DNA of 64,000 nucleotides, taken from assembly GCA_051294375.1 (NCBI GenBank), contig CM119270.1, forward strand, positions 5,216,152 to 5,280,151, given 5' to 3'. The position numbers and the translations under genes are program-made. The stretch's first letter is position 1. Each line of letters begins with the position of its first letter. The notes below the pieces were generated by a model. The model had not been told where the DNA came from and ran no database searches. It saw only the letters and a program-made list of their open reading frames with translations. The stretch is from Paraspadella gotoi (Eukaryota > Animalia > Chaetognatha). Positions 56,595 to 64,000 of the stretch are shown piece after piece.

Positions 56595-57784
56595 ACGTCG
56601 CTTGTCCTCCAAGGCAAAAAATGATTAACGTAAACGAAAGCAAAACTGCCGTTCATCGTTTTTGGCCTGAAGCGTGAGGCTGGAAAAAAAAAGGGGGAAG
56701 CGGGTTTTTCATTGCGTCCGAATTTAGCCTAAGTCGATTCCTGAATCCGTGACACTTTTAAGACGACGTTTTTATTAATTACTGTATTTTTACATTACGT
56801 AGTATTTTCAAACACTATGAGGTATAATACTTAGATAAAAAGAAATTGTTTTTACTACCTCTTACCATTGAAGTACGTCGCCGTAATCTCACCGTTAAAT
56901 AAATGATACAAAAATTTTGTTTACGTGAATATAATTTTTTCTTAATTATTTTTGTAAATGTAAATTCTGATTACAATGTCACGGGAAATCGGAAGAGAAA
57001 TTTAAATCATGTGAGGCTAAAAGTAAGCTAAAAGTAAGTTAAAAGTATTTCTGACCTCGGCTATCCGTTTCCTATTTTAAAAAAAACTTAAAACTTCAGT
57101 AATGTAGACTCTTGTAACCACATGTGTACACTTCTTCTTCGTAACAATAAAACGGAAAAACCAGAGACTCGACGACTCGTGTCTCGAACAGACGAATCCT
57201 TAAAAACTCGTTAAGCTTTTTTTTTTCAGGAGGATTCGACGTTGAGAAACAGAGTTGGCGAAGTTTGAGTCAAACCAGATCTCGAAACTTTGGAACAGAA
57301 AGAGAGAAAAAAATAAGAGAGAAAATGTATGAAAAAGGATTAATCTTTATGGTTTAATCTTTTATGCGCCAGAATTTTTTTTAATTTTTATATAAAATTG
57401 TTTAAAACGTGAAAAATGAGTTTCTTTATGTTTTCCTTCACAAAAGTTGAATAATCTTTTCGGAGAAAGTTCTTAACCTAAGACGAAGTGAGCGTCAAAC
57501 CCCCATCGCTTGAGAAATGAGGTCTAATATGTTTTCAGCTTTTTGTTTATTGTTTATAAAAACTTATGTCATGTTACTCGTCGTTGGTTAATTACGAAAA
57601 CAGCTCGTTTTATCTGCATGATAATGACCAGTAGTAGTGCTAGTGACTAAATCAATTTTTGTATTGATTAATTTTAGCATACATTGGAAGCATACTTCAG
57701 TCAGAACTCAGAAGTCAGGTTGTCATCCGCCACTTTTATCGAAACTTTGCTTTACAGGGCTTAAAAAAGTTTAGAATTTATGAC
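56595..57784 (+). repeat. Direct copy of 35916-37108, continuing into unique sequence
   Basis: Starts acgtcgcttgtcctccaaggc (=35916) and passes aagtttagaatttatgac (=37108, where the first copy hits a 25-N gap). Confidence 0.93.
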
Positions 57785-59172
57785 ACAAGTATCGAAAAAT
57801 ACAGTATTCAGTATAAAGATAAGATATGATAATGTTGTATATGAACAATAAAATTAATAAAAGGAAGAAAATAAAATATAATTAGGAAGTTTTCATCGTT
57901 TGAAACTATGTTGTTACCTTTAAAAAGTAGATATAAGTAAACTTTTTGAAAACCCTTACTCGGTCAATGTTTCTTTCCCCCGTTTTTTTGTTGTTTTTTT
58001 CGCCCCAGAAGGCGGCGCTGACGAACAAAAACAAAAGGGAAACAACAAAGAATCCAAAAAAACAAAAAAACAAAAACCAGATTGTCGCTCACAAACAATA
58101 TTTCAGACTCAGTCGCCGAAAAAAAAAGGACAAAAACGGTTTGTCCAAAATTCAGGCGAATCTTGACACTTTTTAGCCTCAGGAGTTAGACCAAAATTGC
58201 AAACGCGATGCAATGGGGAANNNNNNNNNNNNNNNNNNNNNNNNNNNNNNNNNNNNNNNNNNNNNNNNNNNNNNNNNNNNNNNNNNNNNNNNNNNNNNNN
58301 NNNNNNNNNNNNNNNNNNNNNNNNNNNNNNNNNNNNNNNNNNNNNNNNNNNNNNNNNNNNNNNNNNNNNNNNNNNNNNNNNNNNNNNNNNNNNNNNNNNN
58401 NNNNNNNNNNNNNNNNNNNNNNNNNNNNNNNNNNNNNNNNNNNNNNNNNNNNNNNNNNNNNNNNNNNNNNNNNNNNNNNNNNNNNNNNNNNNNNNNNNNN
58501 NNNNNNNNNNNNNNNNNNNNNNNNNNNNNNNNNNNNNNNNNNNNNNNNNNNNNNNNNNNNNNNNNNNNNNNNNNNNNNNNNNNNNNNNNNNNNNNNNNNN
58601 NNNNNNNNNNNNNNNNNNNNNNNNNNNNNNNNNNNNNNNNNNNNNNNNNNNNNNNNNNNNNNNNNNNNNNNNNNNNNNNNNNNNNNNNNNNNNNNNNNNN
58701 NNNNNNNNNNNNNNNNNNNNNNNNNNNNNNNNNNNNNNNNNNNNNNNNNNNNNNNNNNNNNNNNNNNNNNNNNNNNNNNNNNNNNNNNNNNNNNNNNNNN
58801 NNNNNNNNNNNCGTATTTTTTTTTTCATTTTCGTTTGACTTTCATATTCGCTTTTTATGAATCGAGTATTACGTATTTTCTGATTTTAAACGAAAGATAT
58901 ATATCTTTCTTTTTTTTTCAAGTTGGAGCTAATTTCGCCGGCAGGGGGAGAAAAGTGGAACGTAAACTGAAAGAGCGACATCTACGATACTACGAGATTA
59001 ATGTTTGGCGGAAGAAGCAGAGCGTTCGTTGTACCGAGTCTGTGGCGAAAGTACATGAGCGGGGACATACTCATTAGCGGGGACTACTCTTTGCATACCT
59101 GCTTCGTCGTTAGAATACATAAAAATGGATCTTTAAAAGCAAGCGGCATTCAAAAGGATCTCTCAAATCCAC

Positions 59173-59352
59173 AGTTCATTTACGAAGGAGTCAATATTAG
59201 GCAAAGCAAGAGAAAAGAGAGAATAACATAAGGGTCTTGTTATGTTATTATCTTGTCGGATTGGTGGAGGCAACCTAAAAGCCTGTCCGAAGTCAGGGGT
59301 AATTAGCTTGTTTATCAAATGAATAAAATTTTTTTTACTGGTTGTAACAATT
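59173..59352 (+). mobile_element. Dispersed repeat fragment, possibly an LTR 3' end; homologous to 3189-3377
   Basis: See the 3189-3377 alignment. Contains AATAAA followed ~20 nt later by ...GGTTGTAACA (ends 59349), after which similarity fades. Confidence 0.55.
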
Positions 59353-59406
59353 ACAGTGGAAAAAATATTAGAATGACGAAGCTGGAAATTTAATTAGCAA
59401 TGATCA

Positions 59407-59555
59407 GACGAAATAAACTGAAGTGACAAAATGAACTGAACTGACAAAATGAACTGAAGTGACGAAATGAACTGAACTGACGAAATGAACTGAACTGATG
59501 AAATAGACTGAACTGACGAAATGAACTGAAGTGACGAAATGAACCGAAGTGACGA
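59407..59555 (+). repeat. 18-bp minisatellite GACGAAATGAACTGAA(C/G)T, 8 copies plus a partial
   Basis: Clean tandem units with a few substitutions and no spacers. Confidence 0.95.
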
Positions 59556-60178
59556 GGTTCAAGTTGGTCNNNNNNNNNNNNNNNNNNNNNNNNNAGCTAT
59601 AAAAGAAGAAGGCGATGAGAGGAATGGGGGTAAAGTTAATTTGGATATTCGAGTAAGCTTAAAAAAGTATACAGGATAGATGTAATGTAATGTAACAATG
59701 GAATATAAGCTTCAAGTTGTGGCGGCTTTGCGTTATTAAGGAGGACAAAAATATGAGAAGGATAGGTGAATTGATGGAGTGAAAAAGAAAATAGAGTTAA
59801 GGCCAAAGCGGTCAGATAGGGGGAGAGGAGAGAGAGAGAGAGAGAAGAGAGAGAAGAGAGAGAGAGAGAGGAGAGAGATGAAGAGAGAGAGAGAGACGAA
59901 AAAAGAGAGAGAGGATGGAATGAAGAGAGAGAAGGAGTGAGAAGAGTAGTAGGAGAGAAGAAGAGAGAGAGGAGAGAGATTAAGATGAGAGAAATGATCT
60001 GAGAGAGCAGAGCAGCAGAAAGAGGTAGGGGTGGAAAGAAAGGGAGAGTAAAGTGCGAGGAAGGATAATGCTGGAATTAGTTACGCGGTGAGATTGTTAT
60101 TGCATTGCGCGGGTTTCGTGTTGGTAGTTTGCGCGTAATGAAAGTGAAGTAAAAGGGGGTCGAGAGAAAGCATGAGTG

Positions 60179-60210
<32 letters not shown>

Positions 60211-60897
60211 GAGAGAGAGAGGCAGAGAGAAGAGAGAGCGAGAGAGAGAAGAGAGAGAAGAGAGAGTTAGAGATTATTCAATGGTCTTCCCGCGCCGAAT
60301 CGAAAACGCTCGTTACATTTAAGCGAGGCCGATCGGAAGAAGATTCATCTGATCGGAATCGAGTCGATCGTTGTTGTCTGTCGTTCGCGTGTTATTATGG
60401 TTTTCGATGGGCAAAGGGCGGTTAGTTTGGAGAAGACGTGGGTCCAAGAAACGATTCGGGGTGAAAAACGAGAGTGGGGGGTGTTGGGGGGGGAGGCCGG
60501 AGGCATGAGAAAACGGAGAGGGATGTGTCGGGGGTTGATAAGGATGTTTCGTCAAGATGATTCGTTTGAGTGCGTGAACAAAAATATCGCTGGGGAAAAG
60601 TGCGGACCTTTGAGATGACGAAAGGATGGGGGTAGGATGGCATTGGATGGGGGGGGAGGTCGGTTGATGGCTGGAGGGGGGGGAGGTCGGGTGATCAAGG
60701 GATTGACAGCAGGTACAGACGTTGTTGTTCCAGCTGTTCCGAAGTTATCGCCTTATTGGATCGCGAGCACTTCGAGTAGCGCCTCTGACGTTATGCGCTT
60801 GCCTGTAGTGGATCGAATTTCGTCCGTGTCGCGAGTCGGCAGCGGAGCCCGTAGTAAAGAAAGTAATGTGCTCTTGTTTGAGCGGTGGTGGTAGAAG

Positions 60898-61890
60898 GCC
60901 AACTTGAACCGGTCGTCAAGATTTTCGGTTTCATTTCGTCGTCACTTTAGTTTATCATTTTGGTCACAGTTACAGCTCTTATTGTCATCAGTTACAGTTG
61001 CATGTCGTCAGTTTATAGTTCATAGTTCGGTCGCATTCAGTTTCATTGTTGTGGCAGTTCCAGTTCATAATTCGATCACTATGCAAGTTTTAATTTGTCT
61101 GATCATTTTGCTAAAGTTCACTATCGAACGTTGGTGCACCACATTTATCACTAGGCAGAGCTTCGTCATTGCTATACCTATGCTATATTTTTTGTTCATG
61201 AAAGGGCATATGTCGTTGTGTGGTGGCGAGTCTGAGTATATTGAGTATACATGATAGTGAATACTACCAGGTGAGAGAAAAAAGCATTTATATTGGTTAG
61301 GGCAGTTAGTTGAATAGAACAAGCTAATTACACGATCCAGCTTGGACTTCGGACTAGGCTTTTTAGGTTTGGCCGGGGCGATCCACCAATCCGGACAGTA
61401 GATAATACAGTATAACAAGACGGCCTATGGTTTAATATCTCCTCCAGTTCTTTTGCTCGCTTGCTTTCGCCTAAGTATTGAACTCCTTCGTGAAGATGAA
61501 CGTGTGGGATTTGTAGAGTATCGGCTTGCTTTTTTAGAAAGATCCATTTTATGTATTCTTATTAAACGACAGAAGGCAGGTATGCACATGTGAGAGTAGT
61601 CTCCCGTCCCTTGTGCGAGTGAGTCGTCTGGGACAGGTGGAGCCGGGGCAGGTGGCTCGTCGGGTCGACAGCGGTTGCCTCAGTGTGGTCGTCGTGATGA
61701 GGACGTCGGTGCCGGCTGCTGCGCGTAAAGTAGATGTATGGGTCGCCCGGCGTCATTGCTACTTCTTCATTTCTGCCACAGAGAAGCTCGTACAGTTATT
61801 ACGAAGAACGGAAGCGCGTCTTGTCTTCTTTCCGCCAAACATTAGATCTCGAGTATCTGTAGATGTCGCGTTCGTTTTCAAGTTTACTTA
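60898..61890 (-). repeat. Very noisy, insertion-rich inverted copy of ~58960-59569
   Basis: ccaacttgaacc (rc of ggttcaagttgg at ~59556-59567), gacttcggactaggctttttaggtt (rc of ~59272-59294) and ttccgccaaacatta (rc of ~59000-59013); about 600 bp expanded to about 1 kb. Confidence 0.85.
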
Positions 61891-62015
61891 AAGCTTTCTC
61901 CTTCGCCCGAGACACCAACGGATTGTCCTTTTGTTTTCGCCACAAACGACTTCTTTTCTCCGTCGGGCGTCGTTACGTGTTCTCTTCAATCCTTATTTGT
62001 TTTTCTCGCCAGATG

Positions 62016-62081
<66 letters not shown>

Positions 62082-62496
62082 GCGTGGGAAAGTGCTTCCC
62101 CTTCTTTTCTAGTCCACGGGGTGACACCTTTGTTGAGATTAAGGAAAACCCCTTTAAAGTCCAAAAGATTGGAGATAAAAGAAGGGAAAATGAAGGAATA
62201 AAGAAGAAATAAAGAAAAGGGAAAAAAAGGAATAAAAGAGGAAAAGAAAGAGAGAAAAAGAAAGAAAGAAAATCGTTCCAGTCGTCGACGTCTTAAACCC
62301 AATTTTCCTCTTTCTTTTTCTTTTTCTTTCTTTTTTAGTTCTTTTCGTTTTCGCTTTTTCTCTTCGTTGCCACAATAGTTTAGTAGTTATTGTAGATTTT
62401 TTCAAAATTTACTACAAACACCATATTGAGAACTTTGAACTAATTACAACAAAAAACTCTTAAATGTGTCCCCAGTATGTTATGAAAGACCATGTT

Positions 62497-62497
<1 letters not shown>

Positions 62498-62560
<63 letters not shown>
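62498..62560 (+). repeat. (CGA)21 microsatellite, with a second run at ~62633-62667
   Basis: Perfect cga tandem; source of the poly-T/D/R/V ORFs at 62460-62765. Confidence 0.96.
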
Positions 62561-62633
62561 AGAAGAAGACCCCAACCAAAAACTCAGAAAACGTCTTTCC
62601 CTCTTCTCCAAAAACCCCGTCGTCCAGCAAACA

Positions 62634-62667
<34 letters not shown>

Positions 62668-63026
62668 AATTTCGAAAAGTCTTCCGAGATTCCGCTGACG
62701 GATCTGAAGGTCAAAACTCAAATCTTTTGTGTCATTCTTATAAGTTGAGTAAATTAAGTTTATAATTATTGCATTGAAATGAATTTCAGGAATAAATATA
62801 TGTATTATGAATAAATTCAAGAAAAATCCGACGACAAGGATTAAAACAACAAGGGCGCAAACAACCACGTCTCTGATGAAGACGACGACGACGATGACGA
62901 CGACGAAAGATCGTGAGACTGCCTTGACATTTGTTTAACCTAAGGTTTTGGTCATAATCCGTTGTAGTTTGCAATGCGCACAATTCAATTAGATGTGAAT
63001 CCCTGAAAATGTTTTTTCTCTCCCTT

Positions 63027-63166
<140 letters not shown>

Positions 63167-64000
63167 TTTTATTTATCTCCGCGTTATCATATTGCCTACG
63201 TTTCAATTTGACAAAAAATCAGTGAACTTAAAATACAAAACTCCTTCGAGTCTAAATAAAAACTTTGTCTCTCTCTAAATATAGAATCGAAATAAGCAAA
63301 TTTTCTTTTGGCTCTTTCGGGACTTTTCTTGCTTCACTCCTCTCCTCCTCTTCTTTCTCCTCTTCCTCCTCCTCCTCCCTTACCCTCATCTCGTGAAGCG
63401 AGGCCAGCAACCAACGAACTCACGCTTTCACACAAACCCTTTGTGAATACCCTTACCCTCCCACCGGCATGCCTTACCTCACTCCTCATGTCAGAGCATA
63501 GCAACGCAATCTCTCTCATCTCTCTTCTCTCTTTTCTCTCCTCTCTCTCTCTCTCTTCTTACTCTCTCTCTCCTCTTTCTCCGTCCTCTCATCTCTCTCT
63601 CTAGCCTTCTCTCTCTCTCTCTCTCTCTTCAAGTGACATTGATGAGACTTCACAGGAAATTTACGCGGCCTTCTCTCCGTAATTGGCGAAAATTACTTGA
63701 GGGACACGTGACCCTTCGTTTCCCTCACGGGATCGAGGGAGTCGAAGAAAGTTTTGACCTTCGGAGACAGACAGACAGACGTACGGACTGACGGATATTG
63801 GGTCTTACGGAAGAGTCAAAGGAAAGATAAAGAAAATGAATTTTGCTTTTAAAAATGTCCTTAAAAACATTTTGTGTTGACAGTTTAACATGCGAAATAA
63901 CAAACGCGTATCCCACCCAAAAAACCGCAGCCGCAGCCGCAGCCACTGGCCTACCTTGGACGATTCACCGTCACCGGGTCGAGATTACGACGCCCGCTTA

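Noticed and set aside
30300-57784. Genuine inverted amplification (breakage-fusion-bridge, foldback transposon or palindromic amplicon)
   Set aside because: Orientation switches coincide with 25-N gaps or fill/contig boundaries, copies differ by read-type indels, and the 35915/35916 junction is base-exact for a flipped extension.
59407-59555. CRISPR-like repeat or repeat-coding exon
   Set aside because: No spacers; stops in all plus-strand frames and no supporting ORF or splice context on the minus strand.

Overview
This is not a prokaryotic window. It is AT-rich, apparently non-coding eukaryotic DNA, dense in (GA)n/(CT)n, (GAC)n/(GTC)n and (AAAG)/(TTTTC)n microsatellites, with abundant CpG. 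An arthropod/insect-like draft scaffold is my inference; I cannot name the species. I can support no protein-coding or RNA gene: nearly all ORF-track entries are microsatellite translations or run through N gaps. Most large-scale structure is assembly artefact. Seven exactly 25-N gaps (3917, 13301, 19987, 37109, 37910, 47206, 59570) border noisy, indel-rich direct or inverted copies of neighbouring sequence, as expected from long-read gap filling such as PBJelly. The redundant copies are: 7920-11640 vs 13150-16690 (inverted), 17043-19986 vs 20012-23157 (direct), 30300-37108 re-represented several times in 37134-57784 (including an apparently identical 5.67-kb duplicate at offset 9974), and 58960-59569 vs 60898-61890 (inverted). 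Signals that may be real biology: a 563-bp presence/absence polymorphism flanked by an 8-bp direct repeat, a G-rich 26-bp minisatellite with alternating variants, an 18-bp minisatellite, an LTR-end-like dispersed repeat, tRNA/B-box SINE-like pieces, an unplaced ~3.5-kb segment present at two fill ends, and a few strong transcription-factor motifs. I found no evidence for a novel biological system. Alignments were made by eye, so boundaries are approximate unless stated as exact.
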